Positions 8,414 to 18,167 of a stretch of 64,000 nt of DNA are shown one piece after another. The translations under genes were made by a program, and so were the position numbers. The number at the start of each line of letters is the position of its first letter. Positions within the stretch are counted from its first letter, which is position 1. The stretch spans positions 40,809-104,808 of the forward strand of contig DFXM01000001.1 in the NCBI GenBank assembly GCA_002381695.1, written 5' to 3'. Source of the DNA: Clostridium sp. UBA4108 (lineage in GTDB: Bacteria; Bacillota; Clostridia; Clostridiales; Clostridiaceae). The notes under the pieces are model-generated. The model saw only the letters and a program-made list of their open reading frames with translations. It was not told where the DNA came from and did not search any database.

Positions 8414-11059
8414 TTATCTAAAAAATGTATTAAACAAAGGAAATAAAAATTTATTTTGTAAATTTCCTACCATATTAGTAAATCTATTTATAAAAGTTAT
8501 TGGAGCAGATGAGGTAGCACCTCCACTATTAGGGCTATTTAGAATTCTAGTTGAATTGTTATTACTAGTACCTGTATTACCAGTATTATCTGTATTAGTA
8601 TTACCATTATTGTTATTATCACCAGGATTAGGAGGCGTAGTATTATCAGGATTTTCTATATCACCACCATTGTCAGGTGAAGGTATAGGATCTGTATTTT
8701 CTTCATTACCAGGAGGTACTACATCATATACAGTAGGATCAATTTCTGTAGGAAGAAGATATGCATTATCAGCTAAATTTCCATCATAGTTTGCCTCTCT
8801 AGTAATAAAGACTCTTTTTTCAATTTTATCCTTTGGTGTAGTTGGACTAGGTAAATAATACTTACTTTCGTTCTTACCATTGCTGTTAACTTCAACTTTA
8901 ACAACATCTGCTTCTACGTGAACTTTGTCTATGGTTGTAGGTTGAGTTCCACTTATAAACATTTCACTATAGATTCTGTTACCTCTAGGATCAAGTTTAG
9001 TTAAATCTGATGGTAATGTACCAGAATCTTTGGAAATAGAGACATCCACTATACCACTAGGGCGTTCTATTTCTTTATAAGGTAAGTCTTTATGGGCTGA
9101 TTTCATTATTTTCCCCCAAAGTCCTGCAGAGGTATTACTTCCACGGATGTTACGCTCTAATTCAGAGTAGTCATCATATCCAATCCATACAGCTCCAGAA
9201 TAGTATGGAGTCAATCCAGCAAAATAAATATCTTTATAATCAGAAGAAGTTCCAGTCTTACCACTGACAGGAATATTTCCAAATCTAGCAGAACTACCAG
9301 TACCAGATACAGAATCCTTCATTAAATCATACATGATATATGCGGTTTGAGATGAAATAACCTCTGATACTTCGTATTTAGGTTCAAGAATAATCTTACC
9401 ATTTTTATCTGTAATCTTAGTATACATTTTAGAGTTAGACATCATTCCTTCATTACCAAAAGTACCAAAGGCTTGGGCCATGGCTAGAGGAGTAGTACCA
9501 GCAAGATTTCCACCATTTAATTGGCCAAGAGATAATGCAGATATAGAACTTTCATCAGTAGGATCTATATGAATTCCAAATTTTTTACCATACTCAGCTC
9601 CAAGCTTAAGTCCGATTCTGTCTTCTACTGTAACTGCAATAGTATTTTTAGAATATCTAATGGCATCTCTCATTGTAATATAGCCATCATATTTATTAGG
9701 AAGATTTGTTGGATTATAAGGTCTACCACCATCACCAGGATATTTTGATCCTACATCTTTAGGTAGTGGGCCATCTACGAAAACCGAACCTGCTGTAAGT
9801 TCTTTAGATTCTATAGCTGGTGCGTATACTGTCAATGGTTTAATACTAGAACCAGGGGCACGTAAGAAATTATCAGAAGCAGCTCTATTATAAGATAGAG
9901 GTGGTTGTTCACCACGGCCACCAATAATTGCCTTAACTTGACCTTTTCTATAATCTATTATTACAGCTGAGGCTTGAAGGTTGTCATAGCCACTAAAAGA
10001 TTCATTAATGATTTTCTGGGATGAGTCTTGAAGTGCTCTATCCATGGTAGTATATATTTTCAAACCACCATATTTAATATATTCGTGGGCTTCAGTTTCA
10101 CTGTATTTATAGGTTTCCATTAAGTCTTTTATTACTTGTTCTATAACAGGTCTAGAGAACCACTCATAATTCATCTTATCTACAGATTTGTTAGAAAAAC
10201 TCATCATTAATGGTTCAGCTATAGCTTCATCATATTGTTGTTGAGTTATAGCATCATATTTCAACATTTCACTTAAAACTAACTTAGTTCTAGGTGAGTC
10301 AAAAGGTTGATTTTTTGAGAAAGCTTCATAGGCATTATCATAGGATACAGATGGATTTTGTGCTGCACCAGCAATAAAAGCACATTGCTTTAAAGTTAAC
10401 TCTCCAACAGATTTGTTGAAGTACATGTTAGCAGCAGCTTCTATTCCATGGGATGAGCCCCCTAAAAAAATTGTATTCATATACTCTTGTAATATTTTAT
10501 CTTTACTCATACTCGGATCTTTTTCTAATTGAATAGCTAAATACATTTCTTGAACTTTTCTTTTAATGGAGCCTCTATTATTAAGAGAATCCTCAAGGAA
10601 AAATTTGTATTTCACAAGTTGTTGAGTGATGGTAGAAGCACCTTGGAGACTTCCATCAGATAATCCTAAAATAATTTTAGCATCTTCGATAAGTACTCCG
10701 CCAAGTCTTCTTATATCTATACCATTATGAGTTTCAAATCTTCTATCTTCAATGAATATAAAGGCATTTTTAAGGTGTTCAGGAACATCCTTAATGTCTA
10801 CAGATATTCTCTTTTCAGAAGAGTTATACTGATCCATTTCAGTATTATCACTGGCTAATAATATAGTGGTTTCTTCAGATTTTAAGAAATTGTTTATATC
10901 AAGTTCAGGAGAAGTTTTTACAATTGCTGAAAAAATTCCAAACCCTATAGATGCAGTAATTAGCAATACAAATAAAAGGGTTATATATATGACTTTAAAT
11001 GCTTTTCTTTTTTTAGGTTTAGCACTTTTAGTACTCTTTTTTTTACTTTTAGTACTCAT
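8414..11059 (-). CDS. class A penicillin-binding protein (transglycosylase/transpeptidase, PBP1A family)
   Basis: N-terminal basic/TM anchor; EDRRFETHNG and GASTITQQLVK (GT51); GSSIKP, SKN and KTGT (transpeptidase). Confidence 0.95.
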   Translation of the reverse strand: MSTKSKKKSTKSAKPKKRKAFKVIYITLLFVLLITASIGFGIFSAIVKTSPELDINNFLKSEETTILLASDNTEMDQYNSSEKRISVDIKDVPEHLKNAFIFIEDRRFETHNGIDIRRLGGVLIEDAKIILGLSDGSLQGASTITQQLVKYKFFLEDSLNNRGSIKRKVQEMYLAIQLEKDPSMSKDKILQEYMNTIFLGGSSHGIEAAANMYFNKSVGELTLKQCAFIAGAAQNPSVSYDNAYEAFSKNQPFDSPRTKLVLSEMLKYDAITQQQYDEAIAEPLMMSFSNKSVDKMNYEWFSRPVIEQVIKDLMETYKYSETEAHEYIKYGGLKIYTTMDRALQDSSQKIINESFSGYDNLQASAVIIDYRKGQVKAIIGGRGEQPPLSYNRAASDNFLRAPGSSIKPLTVYAPAIESKELTAGSVFVDGPLPKDVGSKYPGDGGRPYNPTNLPNKYDGYITMRDAIRYSKNTIAVTVEDRIGLKLGAEYGKKFGIHIDPTDESSISALSLGQLNGGNLAGTTPLAMAQAFGTFGNEGMMSNSKMYTKITDKNGKIILEPKYEVSEVISSQTAYIMYDLMKDSVSGTGSSARFGNIPVSGKTGTSSDYKDIYFAGLTPYYSGAVWIGYDDYSELERNIRGSNTSAGLWGKIMKSAHKDLPYKEIERPSGIVDVSISKDSGTLPSDLTKLDPRGNRIYSEMFISGTQPTTIDKVHVEADVVKVEVNSNGKNESKYYLPSPTTPKDKIEKRVFITREANYDGNLADNAYLLPTEIDPTVYDVVPPGNEENTDPIPSPDNGGDIENPDNTTPPNPGDNNNNGNTNTDNTGNTGTSNNNSTRILNSPNSGGATSSAPITFINRFTNMVGNLQNKFLFPLFNTFFR

Positions 11060-11227
11060 TCTTGACCTCCTTAAATAGTTGTTCCTATTTTCAGTATTAT
11101 ATTATAACTACTAACTAATATACAAGTAAAAATATAGTAAGTTATTCTTGAATTAACTATACATTCATATAATAGAACAACGAATACAATTATTATAATT
11201 ATACCATATTTATAAAGGAGAAATACT

Positions 11228-11860
11228 ATGAAATCATCAGTAAAGATTAAATTTATGTTAGTTCTCATGTTTTTACTCAGTTTACTAATGACCTTTATCT
11301 ATGCTTTAGATGAAATAATAATGCCCAGGGTATTAGTTACCTGCGATATGGAAATGAGAGCAGAGGTAACGAACATAATAAATAAGACTATTTTTCAGGA
11401 GTATTCTAATAATTTCAATTATGATGAATTAATAAATATAGAAAAAGATAAAAATGGGAAAATAATACTGATGAAAGCAGATACCTTAAAGTTAAACAAT
11501 TTATCTATTAATACAGTGCTAAAGGCTCAAGAGGAAATTAAAGAAATAGGAGAAGTTGGAATTAAAATACCAGTAGGTTATTTATCTAAGAATAACATAT
11601 TAGCACCAATTGGACCTAAAATAACCATTAAAATGCAACCTATAGGATATATTGTATCTAAATATATATCAGAATTTGAGTCGGCAGGAATAAATCAAAC
11701 AAGGCATAAAATATATATAGAGACCACTACAAAAATGAGATTAATATTGCCATTAGCAAATAGAGATATAGAAGTAATTAATCAAATACCAATTATAGAG
11801 ACAATTATAGTTGGAGAGGTTCCAGATAATGCAATTAATATGAATTTAAATGATAAATAA
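11228..11860 (+). CDS. yunB: sporulation protein YunB
   Basis: N-terminal TM; GPKITIKM, SEFESAGINQTRHKIY, ETIIVGEVP. Confidence 0.93.
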   Translation: MKSSVKIKFMLVLMFLLSLLMTFIYALDEIIMPRVLVTCDMEMRAEVTNIINKTIFQEYSNNFNYDELINIEKDKNGKIILMKADTLKLNNLSINTVLKAQEEIKEIGEVGIKIPVGYLSKNNILAPIGPKITIKMQPIGYIVSKYISEFESAGINQTRHKIYIETTTKMRLILPLANRDIEVINQIPIIETIIVGEVPDNAINMNLNDK

Positions 11861-11927
11861 TAATTAGAATTTATAGATAATAGAGGATTAATAAAACAAA
11901 TAGGGTTAAGCAACTAATTAATCTTAC

Positions 11928-11957
11928 AAAAAAAGCACTGGAAATCAGTGCTTTTTT
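11928..11957. terminator. bidirectional terminator between yunB and hpt
   Basis: AAAAAAGCACTG-GAAAT-CAGTGCTTTTTT. Confidence 0.8.
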
Positions 11958-12483
11958 ATTTCATTTCCCAGTTAAAGATGTAAGGTATATTTCTATAATG
12001 ATCTCCATAATTTAGACCATAACCAACTACAAATAAATCTGGAATTTCAAAACAACAATAGTTTGGGGCTATTTCAACTTTTCTTCTTTCAGGCTTATCT
12101 AAAAGGGTACAACAATTTACGCTTTTAGCACCTAAGTTTTTAACATGATTCATAACGAAGTTCATAGTTATACCACTATCAACTATATCATCAACTACAA
12201 GTACATCAAGTCCCTCTATGTTATCAGGAACATCATGAACTATTTTACAAACACCAGAGCTTTCTTCATTATGACCATAGCTTGAAGTAGTCATAAAACC
12301 AATAGTAGTTGGAACTTCAATTTCTCTAACTAAGTCAGCTGCAAAAATAAAACTTCCTCTAAGCAAAGATAAAACGTAAAGATTTTTTCCTGCATAATCT
12401 TTAGTAATTTCTTTACCAACTTTTACAACTGCTTCTTGAAGTTGTTCTCTTGAGAACAAAATGTTTCTTTGCTTATCTTCCAT
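11956..12483 (-). CDS. hpt: hypoxanthine phosphoribosyltransferase
   Basis: LRGSFIFAADL, VLVVDDIVDSGIT, FVVGYGL. Confidence 0.95.
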   Translation of the reverse strand: MEDKQRNILFSREQLQEAVVKVGKEITKDYAGKNLYVLSLLRGSFIFAADLVREIEVPTTIGFMTTSSYGHNEESSGVCKIVHDVPDNIEGLDVLVVDDIVDSGITMNFVMNHVKNLGAKSVNCCTLLDKPERRKVEIAPNYCCFEIPDLFVVGYGLNYGDHYRNIPYIFNWEMK

Positions 12484-12593
12484 GGAATCACACCTCTAAT
12501 TTATATTTACAATGATGTAATCATAGTATAAAATTAAGTTAAAATTGTCAAGGATTATAGTAGGTTAATTTTAAATTTTGGAGATGAGTTAAT

Positions 12594-14378
12594 ATGATAT
12601 ATGGAAATATAGAAGGCGTAAAAAATTCGATTTTAAATAGGTTAGAGGAAATTTATGATTTTAAATTTCAGAGAACAGAAATTACTACAGAGGATTTAGG
12701 TAACATACTAAAGGAAATAACTTTAAGTTTGGAAAGGGAAGTAAGTGTAGCTATAGATAGAAAAGGGAATGTAGTAAGTGTGGCCATAGGAGATAGTTCA
12801 ACGGTAGATCTTCCACTAGTGGACACAAAGGAAGGAAAGCTATCCCAGATTAGAGTTATACATACCCATCCAAATGGAAATCCTAAATTATCTGCTTTGG
12901 ATATTTCTGCATTAATTAAGTTGAAATTAGATTGTATAGTAGCTATTGGTATAGAAGAAGGCAAGGAATTAATATATAATATAGGCTTCTGTGATATAAA
13001 AGATAATGTATTAATCGAGGATGAAGTAAAAAATTTAACTACAGAGCAGATTGTAAACTATAAATTTTCAGATAAAATAAAATATATAGAAAGTATTTTA
13101 AAAGATAATAGGGTGGAGGAAGATAATTCTGAGAGAGCTATATTAGTGTCAACAGAGGATGAGGAAAGTTTAGAGGAACTTAAGGAGTTGACCAAAGCTT
13201 GTAATGTAGAGCCTCTATATGGAACTTTACAAAAGAGAAGTAAGGTAGATCCTGCATTTTTTATTGGTAGTGGGAAGGTAGAAGAGATAGCTTACTTAAG
13301 ACAATCAATGAGAGCTAATGTAATTATATTTGATGAGGAACTGTCAGGTTCACAAGTTAGAAATTTAGAACAGGCTATGGGGGTAAAGGTAATTGATAGA
13401 ACTACTCTGATTTTAGAGATATTTGCTACAAGAGCCAAAAGTAAAGAATCTAAAATACAAGTAGAGCTTTCTCAGTTAAAGTATAGGTTAAGTAGATTAG
13501 GAGGACTAGGTACAGTATTATCTAGAACTGGTGGAGGAATTGGAACAAAAGGACCTGGAGAGAAAAAGCTAGAAACAGATAAAAGGCATATTAGAGAGAG
13601 AATTTATGATTTGAATAGGGAACTAGAGAAAATAAAAAGCTCTAGAGCTACTCAAAGAGAAAAACGAAGCAGGGATAATTTATCTAAAATCTCATTAGTG
13701 GGATATACTAATGCAGGAAAATCTACGTTAAGGAATGCTCTTTGTGATTACGCACCAATTAAATCTAATAATGCTAAAGAAAAGGTATTCGAAGCAGATA
13801 TGCTCTTTGCCACTCTTGATATAACTACCAGAGCAATGGTACTACCTGATAATAGAATGGCTACAGTTACAGATACAGTAGGATTTATAAAAAAATTACC
13901 TCACGATCTAGTAGAAGCTTTTAAATCAACTTTAGAGGAAGTTGTTTATTCAGACCTATTACTTCATATAGTAGATAGCTCTAATGATGCTGCAGCTAGC
14001 CAGGTGGAAGTAGTAGAAGAAGTGTTAAGAGAATTAGGAGCAGGAGAAAAGCCTGTAATATTAGTTCTAAATAAAATTGATAATACTAATGAAGCATTGT
14101 TAAGTTCTTTAAAAGAGAAATTTAATAATTACATTATTATAGAGGTATCTGCTAAGGAAAAAATCAATTTTGATATTCTCTTAAAAAAATGTACAGAAAT
14201 GCTACCATATAAATTAAAAGCTTTTAAAGTGTTAATTCCATATAGCGATTCTTCTACTGTAGCATATCTCCACAGAAATGCATTGGTAGAAAATGAGGAG
14301 TATGTAGAGGAAGGAACAATAGTACAGGTACAGGGAGACCAAGAGGTTTACAATAAGTGTGAAAAATTTATTATATAA
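12594..14378 (+). CDS. hflX: GTPase HflX, long form with N-terminal JAB/JAMM-like extension
   Basis: GPGEKKLETDKRHI, GYTNAGKST, LFATLD, DTVGF and NKID motifs, plus ~180 extra N-terminal residues. Confidence 0.96.
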   Translation: MIYGNIEGVKNSILNRLEEIYDFKFQRTEITTEDLGNILKEITLSLEREVSVAIDRKGNVVSVAIGDSSTVDLPLVDTKEGKLSQIRVIHTHPNGNPKLSALDISALIKLKLDCIVAIGIEEGKELIYNIGFCDIKDNVLIEDEVKNLTTEQIVNYKFSDKIKYIESILKDNRVEEDNSERAILVSTEDEESLEELKELTKACNVEPLYGTLQKRSKVDPAFFIGSGKVEEIAYLRQSMRANVIIFDEELSGSQVRNLEQAMGVKVIDRTTLILEIFATRAKSKESKIQVELSQLKYRLSRLGGLGTVLSRTGGGIGTKGPGEKKLETDKRHIRERIYDLNRELEKIKSSRATQREKRSRDNLSKISLVGYTNAGKSTLRNALCDYAPIKSNNAKEKVFEADMLFATLDITTRAMVLPDNRMATVTDTVGFIKKLPHDLVEAFKSTLEEVVYSDLLLHIVDSSNDAAASQVEVVEEVLRELGAGEKPVILVLNKIDNTNEALLSSLKEKFNNYIIIEVSAKEKINFDILLKKCTEMLPYKLKAFKVLIPYSDSSTVAYLHRNALVENEEYVEEGTIVQVQGDQEVYNKCEKFII

Positions 14379-14394
14379 ATAATAAATAAGAGGT

Positions 14395-14428
14395 AAAAAG
14401 GTAGTTCAATTTAAAGAACTACCTTTTT
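14395..14428 (+). terminator. intrinsic terminator after hflX
   Basis: AAAAAGGTAGTTC...GAACTACCTTTTT. Confidence 0.8.
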
Positions 14429-14526
14429 AAAATCATATTAAAACTTAAGAAGTAAACATATTGCTTACTATAAATATAATAGTGCATAATAATATATTAA
14501 AAAAATAATATTCGCAATTTAATATA

Positions 14527-14560
14527 GGAAAAGGCAACTCTAAAAGATAGAGCTACCTTT
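14527..14560 (-). terminator. orphan terminator-like hairpin on the minus strand
   Basis: Minus strand reads AAAGGTAGCTCTA-TCTTT-TAGAGTTGCCTTTT. It pairs fully (with 2 G:U) only in this orientation. Confidence 0.55.
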
Positions 14561-14782
14561 ACACGATAGGATTATTGGACTTTTTACAGATAAATGATAT
14601 CATATAATAACACATACGTACATAAGAATTAATAAAAATTAATAAAAACATATAAAAAATCCAAGTGAACATTTTCAAACTATAGGTTTTCTGTTGTTAT
14701 ATAAATTATATATAACTGATTATGAGTTATTTCCATGGAAATAGGGAATAATAAAGTTATATTTTTGATAGGAGTGAAATGC

Positions 14783-15004
14783 ATGGAGAGAGTATGTCCA
14801 TTATGTAATCATTTAAAAAATGAATTATATAAATGTAGTATTTGTGGTGGAATAATGGAGGATAAAGGAAGAGTACAAGAGTATTATGACAATTACACTG
14901 CGGAAGAGGAGATTCAAGATAGTGAAAAATTGTGTTTCCATGTATATTATTGTAAAAATTGTGGAGAAATTCAAAGAAAAAACATTGAGAAAATTATAAT
15001 ATAA
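14783..15004 (+). CDS. small Cys-rich (zinc-ribbon-like) hypothetical protein
   Basis: ATG after AGGAG; CPLC, CSIC, CFH and CKNC in 73 aa. Confidence 0.75.
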   Translation: MERVCPLCNHLKNELYKCSICGGIMEDKGRVQEYYDNYTAEEEIQDSEKLCFHVYYCKNCGEIQRKNIEKIII

Positions 15005-15045
15005 TAATACAATTGATATGATAATAAAAATAAGGAGCGAAGGTT

Positions 15046-15708
15046 TTGGGTAGTGGATTAATTAAATATAATTGGGAATTTATTAATAATTATAGTGATG
15101 AAGAAGTAACTTATTTTCTAAGTCTAGAGGGAAAATCCATAGAGGCAATAAGTAAAATAAGAAACTTGGATAGTTCTACAGTACAAAAACATATAATCAA
15201 TTGTAAGATTAAATATAGATTCCTAGCAAAAAGTAATAATATGCCAGAACTTTTTAAAGTCCTTTTATCATGTCCTAAAGATGAAAGAATATTTGTAATA
15301 AATGGTTTAGATAGAGTCAATAAAGCTAAGCTAATGAATTATATAAAGACTTCTTATATGGATATGGAATTAAAGGAAAAAGAAGGTGCTATATGGATAA
15401 TGGGTGAGATGAGAGAGAATATTTTTGTAGATATTCTTATTAAGGCTAGTGTGAATAATCATGTAAACATTAGAAGAATGGCCATATCAGCATTAGGGAA
15501 AATAGGAGATTTAAGAGGAGAAGCTGCATTAATTCGAGGATTAAGTGATGAAAATCTCCAGGTAGTAGCTTATGCCATAAAATCATTACAAAAATTAAAA
15601 TCTATCTCTGCTAAGGAAAAGATAGAACAGTTATTATATACGTCTAAAAAAGAATATGTGAAGAAAGCCTGTGAAGATTACTTAACATACATAGAATCAA
15701 TTCTGTAA
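15046..15708 (+). CDS. HEAT-repeat protein with N-terminal HTH-like segment
   Basis: AAGGAG RBS and TTG start; EGKSIEAISKIRNLDSSTVQKHI (HTH-like); IRRMAISALGKIGD and VVAYAIKSLQKL HEAT repeats. Confidence 0.8.
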   Translation: MGSGLIKYNWEFINNYSDEEVTYFLSLEGKSIEAISKIRNLDSSTVQKHIINCKIKYRFLAKSNNMPELFKVLLSCPKDERIFVINGLDRVNKAKLMNYIKTSYMDMELKEKEGAIWIMGEMRENIFVDILIKASVNNHVNIRRMAISALGKIGDLRGEAALIRGLSDENLQVVAYAIKSLQKLKSISAKEKIEQLLYTSKKEYVKKACEDYLTYIESIL

Positions 15709-15938
15709 TATATATCATATAGATATAAAATTAAGGAGAATAAACTTTACGATATAGTAAATTAGTAGTTATAGATATAGAATTTTGAGTAAATATATAT
15801 TTTCTATAAAGAAGAAAGGGGACAAGTTCCTCTCAAGGATTTCAGATAGTCATATCATTAGTAGCAATAGTTATCATTAATATAGATAAAAATAATAATT
15901 TAAAAGTAATAAAATTAGTTTATATAAAGGGTGATTGG

Positions 15939-16592
15939 ATGAGTTATTTTACAGTAAAGGGTAGTGCCATATCGGAATTTGAGGAAAGAAAATCTATATT
16001 CATTGGATATATTAAAAGAGTGGAAAGTGAAGATGAAGCTAAGAGATTTGTAAGTGAAATTAAAAATAAACATAAGGATGCTACGCATAATGTCTATGCT
16101 TATGTAGTAGGAGAAAATAAGGGTATTCAAAGATATAGTGATGATGGAGAACCACAGGGTACCGCAGGGATACCAGTTTTAGAAGTAATTAAAAAAAATA
16201 ATTTAACAGATGTTGCAGTTGTAGTAACCAGATACTTTGGTGGAATTCTATTAGGTGGAGGAGGACTGATTAGAGCCTATTCTAAAGGTGCGTCTACAGC
16301 AATAGAAGAGACAGGTATAGTTGAAAAAGTATTAGGTCAAGAGTTAAAATTAACTTTAGAGTACGATTTATTAGGTAAAATTCAGTATTTATGTGGAACT
16401 AATAATTGGAACATCGAAGACATAAGATATACGGATAAGGTGGAAATTCTTATGTTTTGCGAAATGTTAAATAAAGAAAAAATTATAAATTCTTTTATTG
16501 AAACATCCAATGGTAAAGTAGTTATATGTGAAGAAGATGAGGAGTTTTTATTTAAAGAAGGACATAGATACTTTAGAGCATATTCTAAATGA
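15939..16592 (+). CDS. YigZ/IMPACT family protein
   Basis: KSIFIG, HKDATHNVYAY, SDDGEPQGTAG, VTRYFGGILLG. Confidence 0.93.
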   Translation: MSYFTVKGSAISEFEERKSIFIGYIKRVESEDEAKRFVSEIKNKHKDATHNVYAYVVGENKGIQRYSDDGEPQGTAGIPVLEVIKKNNLTDVAVVVTRYFGGILLGGGGLIRAYSKGASTAIEETGIVEKVLGQELKLTLEYDLLGKIQYLCGTNNWNIEDIRYTDKVEILMFCEMLNKEKIINSFIETSNGKVVICEEDEEFLFKEGHRYFRAYSK

Positions 16593-16777
16593 ATACGGTA
16601 ATAAGAATTTCTATTTAAAATTAATAGGGATTTATGGAACTTGTTGATAAATTAGTAATATGATATAATATTGTGGTTAATTTGTTTAATTTACGTGGAG
16701 TTATCAAGAAAAATTAGTGATTGTACTAGTTGTTTTAAAGATGGCTAATTTTACATATAGCATAGGAGGGAATAGAT

Positions 16778-17518
16778 ATGTCAGGACATTCAAAGTGGCA
16801 TAACATACAAGCAAAAAAAGGTAAAGTTGATGCAAAGAGAGGAAAAATCTTTACTAAGATAGGTAAAGAAATAATGGTTGTTGTTAAAAATGGAGGAGCA
16901 AATGAAGAGGCTAATGCTAAGCTAAGAGATGTTATTGCTAAAGCAAAAGCTGCTAACATGCCTAATGACACTATATATAGGGCAATTAAAAAAGCTTCTG
17001 GAGAATTAGGGGCAGTTGATTATGAAACTATAGTTTATGAAGGATATGGTCCAGCAGGTACAGCTGTTATTGTTGAATGTTTAACAGATAATAAAAATAG
17101 AACGGCAGGAAATGTAAGACACGCGTTTTCTAAACAAGGTGGAAACATGGGATCATCAGGATGCGTAGGATTTATGTTTCAAACTAAAGGTGAGATTGTT
17201 ATAGAGAAGAGTGATTCTTTGGATGAGGATGAACTAATGATGATGGCTCTTGATGCTGGAGCTGAGGACTTTGCTTCAGAGGATGAAGTATATATTATAA
17301 CTACAACTCAAGAAGATTTTGGAACAGTAAGAGAAGCATTGGAGGGTAATGAAATAGAATTTTTGGAAGCAGATATAAAAATGATTCCAGATACATACAC
17401 AGCCGTAGATGAAGAAACCGCTATTAAATTCCAAAAGATGCTTGATCAATTAGAAGATGATGATGATGTTCAAAACGTTTGGCACAATGCTGAGTTCCCA
17501 GAAGGTTGGGAAGGATAA
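16778..17518 (+). CDS. YebC/PmpR family protein
   Basis: [36 protein letters not shown]. Confidence 0.96.
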   Translation: MSGHSKWHNIQAKKGKVDAKRGKIFTKIGKEIMVVVKNGGANEEANAKLRDVIAKAKAANMPNDTIYRAIKKASGELGAVDYETIVYEGYGPAGTAVIVECLTDNKNRTAGNVRHAFSKQGGNMGSSGCVGFMFQTKGEIVIEKSDSLDEDELMMMALDAGAEDFASEDEVYIITTTQEDFGTVREALEGNEIEFLEADIKMIPDTYTAVDEETAIKFQKMLDQLEDDDDVQNVWHNAEFPEGWEG

Positions 17519-17556
17519 TACTATTACTTAGAAAATAGATATAGAATATGTATGAT

Positions 17557-17628
17557 TTTAAACCCTTCTTTGATGGTGTGGAGAGCTTATTTTCCATGAG
17601 CTTTAACCTAATCAAAGAGGGGTTTAAA
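17557..17628 (+). other. long imperfect hairpin downstream of yebC
   Basis: TTTAAACCCTTCTTTGAT ... ATCAAAGAGGGGTTTAAA outer stem plus inner AGAGCTTAT/ATGAGCTTT stem. Confidence 0.6.
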
Positions 17629-17683
17629 TATAAAATATCATATCAACATATTATTAACTATATTAAAAAAGATTAAAATAAAG

Positions 17684-18106
17684 GTGGTAAAATATATGAA
17701 TAATTTTAATTTAATCATTAAGGACTGTGAATATAAAATCTCAGAGTCAAATCTTCTTTATCTAGAGAATGAAGAGGTAGTAGATTTCGAAGTGAAGGAT
17801 GTTATAAATTTATTAAATGAAGGTAAAGAGAAGGTTAATTTTGATTATGAATATTATAGTGATAATTGCGAAGACTGCAATGAAGGAGTTATTATAAATA
17901 AATGTTTTAGATTTCTAGAGTATCATTTTTATATATTTACTAAAGATAATAAATATTTCATGAGTAATTTATCCAAGGAATATGAAGAGACATCATTTGT
18001 AAAACTATTGAAGGGGAAAAAGGTAGATAATAGTTACATTGTAGTTATAGTGCTTTGTGAGAAATGTGGTAAATATTACGTAGAAATTGAGCAATGCGAG
18101 ATGTAG
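17684..18106 (+). CDS. conserved clostridial hypothetical protein (DUF3785-like), two CxxC
   Basis: CEDC, FLEYHFYIFTK, CEKCGKY; family assignment from memory. Start may be ATG 17696. Confidence 0.7.
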   Translation: MVKYMNNFNLIIKDCEYKISESNLLYLENEEVVDFEVKDVINLLNEGKEKVNFDYEYYSDNCEDCNEGVIINKCFRFLEYHFYIFTKDNKYFMSNLSKEYEETSFVKLLKGKKVDNSYIVVIVLCEKCGKYYVEIEQCEM

Positions 18107-18119
18107 TTTATATAGCAAT

Positions 18120-18148
18120 GTATAAACTACTAAAATTTGGATAGAATC
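18120..18148 (+). promoter_or_regulatory. possible sigma F-type promoter
   Basis: GTATA-N14-GGATAGAATC upstream of a bofC-position gene; spacer is one base shorter than consensus. Confidence 0.35.
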
Positions 18149-18167
18149 CCCAATAGGAGGGATTCAA

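Noticed and set aside
11071..11268. 65-aa hydrophobic minus-strand ORF
   Set aside because: AT-rich divergent promoter region overlapping the yunB start; no RBS or motif.
15709..15938. RBS-like AAGGAG and AAAGGGG motifs in the intergenic gap (possible gene remnant)
   Set aside because: No suitably placed start codon or recognisable reading frame follows them.
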